Below are positions 7,976 to 15,810 of a stretch of 20,000 nucleotides of DNA, piece after piece. Each line of letters opens with the position of its first letter. Position 1 is the first letter of the stretch. Location of the stretch: IMG/VR virus record IMGVR_UViG_3300036823_000386; one strand, given 5' to 3'. The position numbers and the translations under genes were made by a program. The notes under the pieces were generated by a model, which made no database searches, had not been told where the DNA came from, and saw only the letters and a list, made by a program, of their open reading frames with translations. This DNA comes from an uncultured virus (IMG/VR IMGVR_UViG_3300036823_000386). Lineage: Duplodnaviria > Heunggongvirae > Uroviricota > Caudoviricetes.

Positions 7976-8698
7976 TCAGACCGGTTTCCAGCAGTCGGGA
8001 GAATCGTTCTTCCAATGGTTCACGAGCTGGCCGACGCGGTAGGAGTGCATATTGGCGGCGGGAGACGGAACGAGCGCGCTTTGCAGGATGTCAACGAGGT
8101 CGGTGGTGGGGGCGATGTTGCCGAAGCCACGCGGCCATTGGCCGGGGGTGATGGAGGAAAATTGCTGGCCTTTAAGCCAGGTGGAATAATGGCTGGGACT
8201 GAGGATGACGGGCATGCGGTCGTGGACGCGCGCGACGAGCGGATTGGCGTTGCAGGTGATGATGCAGAATTGTTCGATGACGCAGCTTGCGGGTGGCGAG
8301 TCGGTAAGATCCATTTCCATTTCAGCGTGCGCGGGGGAAATGATTTTCTGATAAATGCCGGCGAGATAAAAAGTTTCGTCATCCCGCATCACAAAGCGCC
8401 AGGGCAATTTGTCTTTCCATTCGTAGAAACCGTTGGCGGGGATAAGGCAACGGGTTTCGAGACAAGGTTTGCGGAAAAACTTCAGCGCGGTTTCCGCCCG
8501 GGCATTGATGAGGAGCGGTTTGTTGGGGCGTTCCCAACCCCATTGCATCGGCTTGGACGTGACGGCATTATTTTCAAACAGGATGACGGGCAGGGAATTT
8601 TTGGGCGCGGCGTTATAGCGGGTTTCAAAGGTAAAATCATGATAAATACCAGCAATGGTGATTTCGCCCCGGTCTCCCACGCTATAACGTCCGCACAT
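7976..8698 (-). CDS. SOS response-associated peptidase (SRAP, YedK/HMCES family; abasic-site crosslinking)
   Basis: N-terminal MCGRY with Cys2, YNAAP, MQWG, INARAET, RCLIPANGFYEW, HDRMPVIL. Confidence 0.95.
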   Translation of the reverse strand: MCGRYSVGDRGEITIAGIYHDFTFETRYNAAPKNSLPVILFENNAVTSKPMQWGWERPNKPLLINARAETALKFFRKPCLETRCLIPANGFYEWKDKLPWRFVMRDDETFYLAGIYQKIISPAHAEMEMDLTDSPPASCVIEQFCIITCNANPLVARVHDRMPVILSPSHYSTWLKGQQFSSITPGQWPRGFGNIAPTTDLVDILQSALVPSPAANMHSYRVGQLVNHWKNDSPDCWKPV

Positions 8699-8746
8699 GC
8701 CCAGACTGTAGCACAGTTGGGAAGGTCAAAGGGTGTCCAAGGCAAC

Positions 8747-8778
8747 AAAAAGCCCCGTCCGATTTCCCGGACGGGGCT
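8747..8778 (-). terminator. intrinsic terminator
   Basis: 11-bp stem AGCCCCGTCCG/CGGACGGGGCT followed by a T-run on the minus strand. Confidence 0.8.
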
Positions 8779-8857
8779 AAGCTTTTAATCCTTGCGAGCG
8801 GCGGCGCTACGGCTCTTTCTCGCGGAATTGGGCGCGGCGTTTGGCGAACATGATCGG

Positions 8858-9016
8858 TTATACGTTGTAGGGCGGGGTCGGAGAAATGTTGCCGATGGAG
8901 TACTGATAGAGCACCCAGATGGTGTGGATGATCAATGCGAGGTGGACGGCAATGCAGATGACCATCGGCCAAAAGTGCGGGTGGCGAAAAACGGATAATT
9001 TTTTCGGACGGCTCAT
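8858..9016 (-). CDS. small membrane protein (52 aa)
   Basis: Hand-translated: MSRPKKLSVFRHPHFWPMVICIAVHLALIIHTIWVLYQYSIGNISPTPPYNV; ATGA overlap with the upstream ORF; one hydrophobic helix. Confidence 0.6.
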   Translation of the reverse strand: MSRPKKLSVFRHPHFWPMVICIAVHLALIIHTIWVLYQYSIGNISPTPPYNV

Positions 9017-9189
9017 ATACTGAAATCAAAACAATGGTCGGGTCGTGAGAGGCGGAGGCGGAATGCCGCCATGCGCTGCCGGCCGGTGATTTTTTGTTTT
9101 CCGCATTTCACGCACCGATCATTCAACGCCCAGCAATGGTTTTTCCCCCAAGAGCACGGTTCCTGAAGGCGTTGCGGGACGGGTTTCAT
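9013..9189 (-). CDS. small Cys/His-rich protein (58 aa), possible zinc finger
   Basis: Hand-translated: MKPVPQRLQEPCSWGKNHCWALNDRCVKCGKQK...; ATGA overlaps at both ends. Confidence 0.55.
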   Translation of the reverse strand: MKPVPQRLQEPCSWGKNHCWALNDRCVKCGKQKITGRQRMAAFRLRLSRPDHCFDFSI

Positions 9190-10082
9190 GCTTCGGTAGC
9201 TTCGCCGGCGGCGACGGGTTCAACGACTTCGATGCTCTCAAATTCGGCGACGCGGCGGACCAGGCTGCTGAGGGCGCAGTGGAATGCGATTTGATTGATC
9301 GGGGCGTTGTTCGCGGCGGTGGCATTGAACGCGCGGACTTTTTCGAGGAGGAGGTTGAGTTCGCGGGCGACGTCTATTTGCCAATCTTCGTTTTGGGTGG
9401 ATTCGTCAAAGGTGGCGGCGGGTTGTTTGACGCGGCGATAGAGGAACCATTTGAGCAGGAGATCCTCGAGTTCGGCGCCGGTCATTGTGATTTGGCTGAA
9501 TTCGTGTTCGTCCTGGAGCGTGAATAGATCGTTGGCGGCGTGACCGCAGGTTGGGCCGCGGAGCGAGAGGCGCTGGGCGTTGTGCGGGCTGGTGGTGAAG
9601 AGCGTGGCGGGTTTTTCCTCGTCGGTATCGCGATATTCAGCGATGGCTTTTTGAACGGCGAGGATGATTTCCTGATCGGAAAGCAGTCGTGCGGCGGCGG
9701 CATTGCGCAGGACGCAGCGGACGCGGGTAAAATCTTCGACGGGATAATCACTGGGAGACATGGGCGCGAGTTCGGGCGGCCGTTCGCCCAGCAGGATTTC
9801 GATTTCGTCGAGGGTTTTCGCGGGATATTGCGCGGCAATGTTTTGCCAGTAGGCGGCCTTGACCATGAGGCAGTCAATGAGGTCCACCACGACTTTGTGT
9901 TCGGTCTCGAACACGCGGATCTGCGCGCTGTTGAGCCGGACATCGGTATTCACGGCGGCGCCGAAGCCGGTGCGTTGCCCGTGGACCAGTTGTTCAAAGG
10001 CATCGAGCGTGGGCAGGAGGACACAGAGTTTGCCGGGCTCGGCCGGGGTGAGGTTATAGCGGAAACGGAGGTTTGCATTCAT
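9186..10082 (-). CDS. hypothetical protein (298 aa)
   Basis: Long ORF; ATG at 10082 is coupled (ATGA) to the upstream stop; no family recognised. Confidence 0.75.
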   Translation of the reverse strand: MNANLRFRYNLTPAEPGKLCVLLPTLDAFEQLVHGQRTGFGAAVNTDVRLNSAQIRVFETEHKVVVDLIDCLMVKAAYWQNIAAQYPAKTLDEIEILLGERPPELAPMSPSDYPVEDFTRVRCVLRNAAAARLLSDQEIILAVQKAIAEYRDTDEEKPATLFTTSPHNAQRLSLRGPTCGHAANDLFTLQDEHEFSQITMTGAELEDLLLKWFLYRRVKQPAATFDESTQNEDWQIDVARELNLLLEKVRAFNATAANNAPINQIAFHCALSSLVRRVAEFESIEVVEPVAAGEATEA

Positions 10083-10249
10083 GGATAAGCTCCTTGGTAT
10101 TTTTTGAGTCGGGGAAATTGTTTTTGCAGCAGACGCCAGGCGTAGTTGCAAGCGCGGTTCGAATCTTTGCGGACGTTGTTGTAATAAAATTCAAACGAGG
10201 CGCAGAAGTTCCGGTCTTCTTCGCGGTTGAGGCGGGCGAGGCGTTTCAT
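10079..10249 (-). CDS. small hypothetical protein (56 aa)
   Basis: Hand-translated: MKRLARLNREEDRNFCASFEFYYNNVRKDSNRACNYAWRLLQKQFPRLKKYQGAYP; starts 1 nt after the upstream stop; ATGA overlap downstream. Confidence 0.6.
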   Translation of the reverse strand: MKRLARLNREEDRNFCASFEFYYNNVRKDSNRACNYAWRLLQKQFPRLKKYQGAYP

Positions 10250-10250
10250 A

Positions 10251-10358
10251 TCAGCAAAGCCAGATGGTGATGAGCGCGGCCAGGGTGACGACCGCGATGG
10301 CCGCCAGTGCGCCGAGCACGAATCCTTTTTTGGAGAAATGGAATTGTTCGGTGCTCAT
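10251..10358 (-). CDS. small membrane peptide (35 aa)
   Basis: Hand-translated: MSTEQFHFSKKGFVLGALAAIAVVTLAALITIWLC; ATGA overlap with the upstream ORF. Confidence 0.55.
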   Translation of the reverse strand: MSTEQFHFSKKGFVLGALAAIAVVTLAALITIWLC

Positions 10359-10585
10359 GCGGCGCAAGCAGGAGTTATGATCGGAACCGCCAATTTGGTC
10401 TCACGGCTGATGAGGAAGCGTTCTCCCTTGGGAGTAATGACGATGCCGGTTGCTCCAACGGAAATATTGTCGCGAACCCTCATGCAGGCCACGGAGAATT
10501 CGCGCTTGCGATTTACGACGTAATCAATGACGACGGCTTTGCCATTATACTCTGCGATATGATGTTTCAGCATTTTAGCGTTCAT
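10355..10585 (-). CDS. hypothetical protein (76 aa)
   Basis: ATGA overlaps at both ends within the coupled chain. Confidence 0.6.
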   Translation of the reverse strand: MNAKMLKHHIAEYNGKAVVIDYVVNRKREFSVACMRVRDNISVGATGIVITPKGERFLISRETKLAVPIITPACAA

Positions 10586-10974
10586 TTCAAAATGGTGATG
10601 GTGAGTTTTTGGAGGCCGAAATGTTGGGCGGTTTGGTGGTCGGGCATGAAGATGTCAAACCGGTTGTCAAAGCGGTGGGCGAGGCGGTCGGTGACGACGC
10701 GCACGCCGAGGCCCTGGATGTAAACGCGGGTGCCGAGCGGGATGTTGCGCGGGCCGGCGATGGTGACGCCGGCTATGGGCATGTGGCCATCCGCCGCAGG
10801 TTGATTGGCGCGTCCGCAGCATTTGGCGCAATGGCAGTAGGCTGAGACTGGGAAGGAATGCGGAGTGCGGAGTGCGGAGTGCGGAATCAGGGATGGAACA
10901 TTTCTCGCGATGGAATTTGCTCGGGTGTTTTGCGCGGCTATTAGTGCCAGGCACAAAAGGAGGATGCGTTTCAT
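10582..10974 (-). CDS. secreted 3D-domain protein (peptidoglycan lytic transglycosylase-like)
   Basis: Signal peptide MKRILLLCLALIAA; VSAYC..CCG, TIAGPRNIPLGTRVYIQGLG..V.DR...RFDIFM....A.HFG. Confidence 0.82.
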   Translation of the reverse strand: MKRILLLCLALIAAQNTRANSIARNVPSLIPHSALRTPHSFPVSAYCHCAKCCGRANQPAADGHMPIAGVTIAGPRNIPLGTRVYIQGLGVRVVTDRLAHRFDNRFDIFMPDHQTAQHFGLQKLTITILK

Positions 10975-10983
10975 CGTTGCCTT

Positions 10984-11262
10984 TCAGGAGATTGATTCGC
11001 GGAGTTTATTGAAAAGGGTGTGGGCGCGTTCGGGGGCGAGGCGGCCGCCGGTACCGGCGGATTCAGATGGGGAAGGAGTACGCGGGGTTTCTGCGTTTCG
11101 CGGTTGGGTGGGTGGGTGGAACTCGACGAGGGGGCTGCTGCATTCAGCGCAGCAATTTTGCGGACGGTCCTGGTTTAACTCAACGGGCTTGCTGCACCGG
11201 AGGCAAAACCAATGGCCTAATGCCGTGTCCATAACAACACACGATAAACACACAATAGGCAT
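10984..11262 (-). CDS. zinc-ribbon-like hypothetical protein
   Basis: CLRC...CAEC pair; alternative start at 11232; first gene of the coupled chain. Confidence 0.55.
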   Translation of the reverse strand: MPIVCLSCVVMDTALGHWFCLRCSKPVELNQDRPQNCCAECSSPLVEFHPPTQPRNAETPRTPSPSESAGTGGRLAPERAHTLFNKLRESIS

Positions 11263-11543
11263 ACTTCAAGATGTTTGTTTGGCACTTGGTGGTGCAGCCA
11301 CTTTAGGAGAAAGGGGAAATTGAGTTACTCCGGGCCGGAGTGGTTTTACGCGGCGGCGGTTTTCGTGCGTGAGGGGTCAAGCATTATGGTTCAGTTTGAC
11401 AAAAAGAGAAAGTTGCCGATTTTCACGTTTCCCGGTGAAATTGAAATGGCCGGTATAGGGGAAAATGGACGCGGATAGATTGCGCCGATCATTTTTATGG
11501 AGAGTTTTCCGGCGTGTTTTTATACGGCCGGAAATGGGCAAAT

Positions 11544-11658
11544 AAAAAAGGCCGGGTCGCACGTGTGGCGACCCGGCCTTTAAGCAGAGGCAAGCGGTTG
11601 TCAAAGACCGCATGGGAAAACGAAAAAAGCCCGAACGCTTTTAGGCGTCCGGGCTTTT
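11544..11658 (-). terminator. two tandem intrinsic terminators
   Basis: Stems at 11547-11560/11568-11581 and 11625-11638/11645-11658, flanked by A/T runs; a G-U pair in the second favours the minus strand. Confidence 0.8.
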
Positions 11659-11671
11659 GATGAGGGGCGGT

Positions 11672-12556
11672 TTAGGCCGCTTGCTGCATGGGGACAGCGT
11701 CCGATTCGAGCTTGCTTGTCAGGTTGTGGATGACAACCGAAGCGGCGGCGCGTTCGGGGAGGGTGGATTCGGAGTTTTGCGAGGTTTGATAAGCGCGTGT
11801 CCAGGCATCGAGCTTGTCGTCGTCGAAACGGCGTTTGTCGCCATCCATGTTGACGGCGAACATGTCGTGCGCCGTAAGCATGCCGAAGTAGGCGTTGCGC
11901 CCTTCTTCTTCGTCCACCGTATGGGCGATTTGCGCGCCGACGGCGGAGATGACGGTGCTCAGGAGCCCGCTTTCCATGATTTTGTCGAGTTGCTTTTGGG
12001 CTTGTTCGACGGTCAGGGGTTTCGGGTCTTTCACGGAGTCCAGAATGTTCTGGAGTGCTTTGGCGCCGTCCTTGGGACGGTCGCGCAAGACTTCCGCGGC
12101 CTGCATCACCGCGGGGTGGTCAATGGCACCACCGAGTTCCGTGGAAATGCTGGCGGCCTTTTCCAGCCAGCTTGCGACGCACTTATCATAGTCCGGTTCC
12201 GTAATGAGTTCGGAGCGGACGTAGGTTCCGAATGCCACCGCACACGAAAGGGCATGGTTGTTGAGCTTGACGCTCTTGCCATTTACTTTCGTCACTGTCT
12301 CCCAGTATTTCGCGAGCGGGGTGTTGGAAGCGATAAGGCGTTTCTTGGGAGAGCCGTCTGGATTCCGATCTGATTTCAGTTCGTTCAGGCGTTCTTCAAT
12401 AACGCAAATCACTTTGCCGGCCATCGGGAAACCCTGCTTATGCGCGTCTGTAGCGCTTTTGGCGTGGGTTTCGAGTTTGCCGACTTCGCGTGCGAGTTTG
12501 TCTTGTTCTTCCACCAGCATTTTGCGGATGGAGTCAATCGGGAGTTTGCTTAACAT
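11672..12556 (-). CDS. hypothetical protein (294 aa, mostly helical)
   Basis: Clean ORF with protein-like composition, followed directly by terminators; no family recognised. Confidence 0.8.
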   Translation of the reverse strand: MLSKLPIDSIRKMLVEEQDKLAREVGKLETHAKSATDAHKQGFPMAGKVICVIEERLNELKSDRNPDGSPKKRLIASNTPLAKYWETVTKVNGKSVKLNNHALSCAVAFGTYVRSELITEPDYDKCVASWLEKAASISTELGGAIDHPAVMQAAEVLRDRPKDGAKALQNILDSVKDPKPLTVEQAQKQLDKIMESGLLSTVISAVGAQIAHTVDEEEGRNAYFGMLTAHDMFAVNMDGDKRRFDDDKLDAWTRAYQTSQNSESTLPERAAASVVIHNLTSKLESDAVPMQQAA

Positions 12557-12777
12557 ATGTTTCCAGTGTAACTGCGATGTTGGGCTTTGACCCGCGCCCG
12601 TGGGTTTCCCCGCGGCATTTCAACGGAGTTGAGATGTCCAGGGAAAGGGAATCCGGGGAAACATTTCCGGAAAGGTGTTTGCAACACCGGGCCACGGCGA
12701 CAGTCTGACTGTCGCGGGGAACGATGCTCTAAAAGTTCACGACAAAGAGGATTGCCGGGGATGCCGGCAATCGTGCT

Positions 12778-12975
12778 TTAGCGTGGTGGTTGGGCTTGGA
12801 CGAGCCATGACGGGCCGAAAGTATTGCGAATGCGTTGCAGGTCTCCCTGCCATTCTTCAAGACTGTCGGCACTGTAATTGCCCGTTTCCCATGCGCGCCG
12901 AATTTTTGCTTTGTAGTTTCTACCGAGCATGAATTTGACGCACGCGAGGGTTTCGAGTGCTTGGGTTTCTGTCAT
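12778..12975 (-). CDS. small hypothetical protein (65 aa)
   Basis: GRNYK..I..AW.TG.....LQRIRN.FGPSWL resembles a motif I recall from small plasmid/phage proteins of unknown function. Confidence 0.65.
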   Translation of the reverse strand: MTETQALETLACVKFMLGRNYKAKIRRAWETGNYSADSLEEWQGDLQRIRNTFGPSWLVQAQPPR

Positions 12976-13098
12976 AAATCACTTACCACGTCTGCGCGGA
13001 ACGACCCGCGCAGGAGTGGGGAGTGGGGTAGGACTGCGACCGCGCCGGGCGATGCAAACGGGCAACCGACGCCCGCTTGAACCGCGCGGAAATTCTTT

Positions 13099-13504
13099 AA
13101 CTTGCTTTCATTAATTAAGATTGACTCGCGCAGACTTGCCCGCGCCCGCAACCACTCCGGGCCGGAGTGACTGGGGACGCGAACATGGCGCGTGCGTTTC
13201 AGTCTCACGCGCTTCCAAAGCGCGGATGAGACAAACTGCCATAGGTTAAGATTGACGTGCGCAGGCTCGCGAGCGAGTCGCGCAAAACAACGGTGGCGTA
13301 TGGCTGGGTGGTTGTCTCCATGGGGGAGTCAACCGAACTGCATAGAGTGAGATTGACTCGCGCAGGCTCGCGGTCGCGATGCCGCGACGGGTGGCGATGG
13401 CTGGGAGGGGAGTTGCCGCGCCGCGCTGGGTGTTGCGCGGGCGCGAAAAAACCGCGCAGGGCGAGCCGTGCGCGGGCGTGAGGGAGGGATTGACAGACTC
13501 AGGC
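13099..13504. repeat. degenerate array with core GATTGAC-N2-GCGCAGRCTYGC
   Basis: GATTGAC cores at 13119, 13250 and 13351, and a weaker one at 13488; a second box RTGRCTGGG lies 46-50 nt downstream in the first three. Confidence 0.75.
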
Positions 13505-15334
13505 CGGGGCGTGACCGGACAGCCAGCCTGAGCGCAGACCGCGTGTGCCAGCATCCCAATCCGCGAGGCGGGCAGCGTGCGACTGGCGGAGAGCCGCGCG
13601 GGCGGCGCGAGCGACGGCAACGGCCTCGCCGCGTGCGGTGGTGGCGCGTGACCAGTCAGCGGCGAGGGGATGCACGGCCCCGCGCCCGGCGCGGCCACTG
13701 GTGACCACGGCCCGGCGACTGGCGGGCAACGTGAGTGTGACCTTTCCGGCGAGCGCGGCGGGGACATCACCGCGCAGGGCGGTTGAGTAGTGCGCGGAGA
13801 CCGCGCCGCTCACGAGTGACACGATGCGGGCGACGGAGGCTCGCTGAGCTGATTTGCCACATCCCGCCCGCGCGGCGCGTTGCGCGGCCATCGCGGCCAT
13901 TGCGGCCTTGACGGCCCGCGCCCGGGCCATCATCAGACTCTTGTCCCGGCGCGTTAGCCGGTCAGTAATCGCCGCGCGAAGGCGCGGCCACACTTGACCG
14001 GCGCGGAAGGATTCGAGCGCGGCGCGGCCCGACGCAAAGCCCGCGCCGCGAGCGGCGGTGGCGATGTCGCGACCGTGGACGAGCCTCGCGAGCACGGAGA
14101 ACCGCGCCCGCTCGGCTGCGCCGGTGCGGCCTTTGGCCGCAACCCGGAGAACGGAACGAATCCAGCGCAGGACATCGCGGCGGGATTGCGCGTCCCGCTC
14201 CTCCTCGGTGCGGGGAGGAGCGATAAAGACTGTCGCGCGGTCCCGCGCCCACGACTTAAGCGCGGCGACATCGGCGGCGGACAGTGCGTGACCGGCGCAG
14301 GTGAGGAGACCGGCCTCGTACCGGCGCAGGATGTCGCCACCGAACCGCGTGGCGATTGCCCGGCGACCGGCGAGGGTGGTGACATCAGCGGCGGCGATGG
14401 CTGTCCGGATGGCGCAGACGGGGCAGGTGGCGGCGGTGGCGTGTGGCAGCACGACGGGCGCGACCGCGGTCAGTGTCTCAGCCACGTCGCTGGCGTCGTC
14501 CAGGGCGAGCATTGTCCCGCCGCCCAGGGCGAGTGATTGACCGGCGCGGTCGCCAGTGCGCCCCGCCGCTTGATGCGAGGTCAGGCAGCGGAAGGCTGCC
14601 CGCCAGCCGAAGGTTGCTAGGTGGCGCATGGTGGTTTCGTTCCACACGTCGCCACAGAGAGCCGAGTAGCATCGCCATTCGTACCACATGACAGCGGCGG
14701 CGGCGGCGGCGGCATCGGCGAGCGATGTGTCCGACGGCGCAACGCCGCGCCGGGCCTTGATGTGACGGGCGGCGCGGGCGGCCATGCCGGAGCATTGTAG
14801 GGTTACCATGCGGCGACCGTCGCCCCACCCACGTCCGCCCGCGAGATTGAGGATGCGTTGACCCTCGTCATTGTCGCTCGCAATGCTCTCCATGATGGCC
14901 GCGCGGCGGGCGCGAGTCTCGCGTAGCTCCTCCTCGACATCGAGCAGCTCGCGCCATTGGTCGGCGGGCAAGAGCGCAACGTCCGTGCCCATGGGCGCAA
15001 TCGCTTGGGCGCGGCTCGCAAGGTCGGATGCGGCGAGCCATGATTCGCGGGCGGATGCCCGCCTTGACTCTGCATCCATGCCCGCGCCCACGGCACGAGA
15101 ACGCTTGAGACGCGCATTGCCGCGCCCTGTTATATCGCCGCCATCGGCGGCGCCAACTTGTAGATGGACGCGCCCGGCTAACAATTCTGGTGTCCATTTG
15201 GCGGTTGCGCCGGGTGCGAGTACCGGCCCCGCGCCCCGCTGTTGGGTGCGTTGAAGAATTCCGGTCATGTGGCCTGTCCAGTTCCAGCGGTCACCGGCGG
15301 TTGGGTATCCAATGAGGAGTGTTTGCTTTGACAT
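13499..15334 (-). CDS. large Ala/Arg-rich hypothetical protein (611 aa) with a CPVC motif and a possible HTH
   Basis: The only long ORF in any frame across a very GC-rich 1.8-kb block; its start context AAACATATG is shared with the 12556 start. Confidence 0.6.
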   Translation of the reverse strand: MSKQTLLIGYPTAGDRWNWTGHMTGILQRTQQRGAGPVLAPGATAKWTPELLAGRVHLQVGAADGGDITGRGNARLKRSRAVGAGMDAESRRASARESWLAASDLASRAQAIAPMGTDVALLPADQWRELLDVEEELRETRARRAAIMESIASDNDEGQRILNLAGGRGWGDGRRMVTLQCSGMAARAARHIKARRGVAPSDTSLADAAAAAAAVMWYEWRCYSALCGDVWNETTMRHLATFGWRAAFRCLTSHQAAGRTGDRAGQSLALGGGTMLALDDASDVAETLTAVAPVVLPHATAATCPVCAIRTAIAAADVTTLAGRRAIATRFGGDILRRYEAGLLTCAGHALSAADVAALKSWARDRATVFIAPPRTEEERDAQSRRDVLRWIRSVLRVAAKGRTGAAERARFSVLARLVHGRDIATAARGAGFASGRAALESFRAGQVWPRLRAAITDRLTRRDKSLMMARARAVKAAMAAMAAQRAARAGCGKSAQRASVARIVSLVSGAVSAHYSTALRGDVPAALAGKVTLTLPASRRAVVTSGRAGRGAVHPLAADWSRATTARGEAVAVARAARAALRQSHAARLADWDAGTRGLRSGWLSGHAPA

Positions 15335-15810
15335 ATGTTTGCTTGCGTTTGATTTCGTCGCTCGTGGTGCTGGTAAGATGCCAGCACAACAACACGAATG
15401 ACTCTGACTCGCCTAGTTTGCGACCTAAGCCGCAGACTAGGTAGTTTGCGTGCGCGTTTTTCTAGGTTTGCGGAGCGCGGAGAAAACCACGCCTGCTTGG
15501 CCAGATGGTGACCGGTCAAAATCTATATAAAACAAGCCATACCAGCCAAATGGGGGGTATGATTTTTAACTTTTATGAGGCTTTTTTATAAGTCTGTGCA
15601 GGTGCTAACCACGCGCGCGCAGCCGGCGATCTGGCGATGCGGGCGGGTGCTTCCAGGAAGGTGGACGCGGATGACGATGCCGGAACTTGGATGCACCACA
15701 TAACCGAAGGGGATGGCCGCGCGGACGGAGTGGGCGCGGGCGCGGGAAGGCTGCGCACGAAGCTACCACATTCCAAAAGGGATGATCCGGCGATGGCTGG
15801 GGCGCGGGGG

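Noticed and set aside
8699..8760. LexA box upstream of SRAP
   Set aside because: I found no CTGT-N8-ACAG, GAAC-N4-GTTC or TGTTC-N4-GAACA match; CTGT-AGC-ACAG has only a 3-nt spacer.
8682..9029. 115-aa ORF from the track
   Set aside because: It has a TTG start, runs through the terminator and overlaps SRAP; the 52-aa ATG ORF at 8858-9016 fits better.
13097..13343. Micro-ORFs starting at the ATG after each array unit
   Set aside because: Lengths and sequences are inconsistent (one is only MKAS), so there is no coding support.
13099..13504. CRISPR array interpretation
   Set aside because: The repeats are degenerate, the spacing is irregular (101-137 nt) and there are no cas genes; kept only as an unexplained array.
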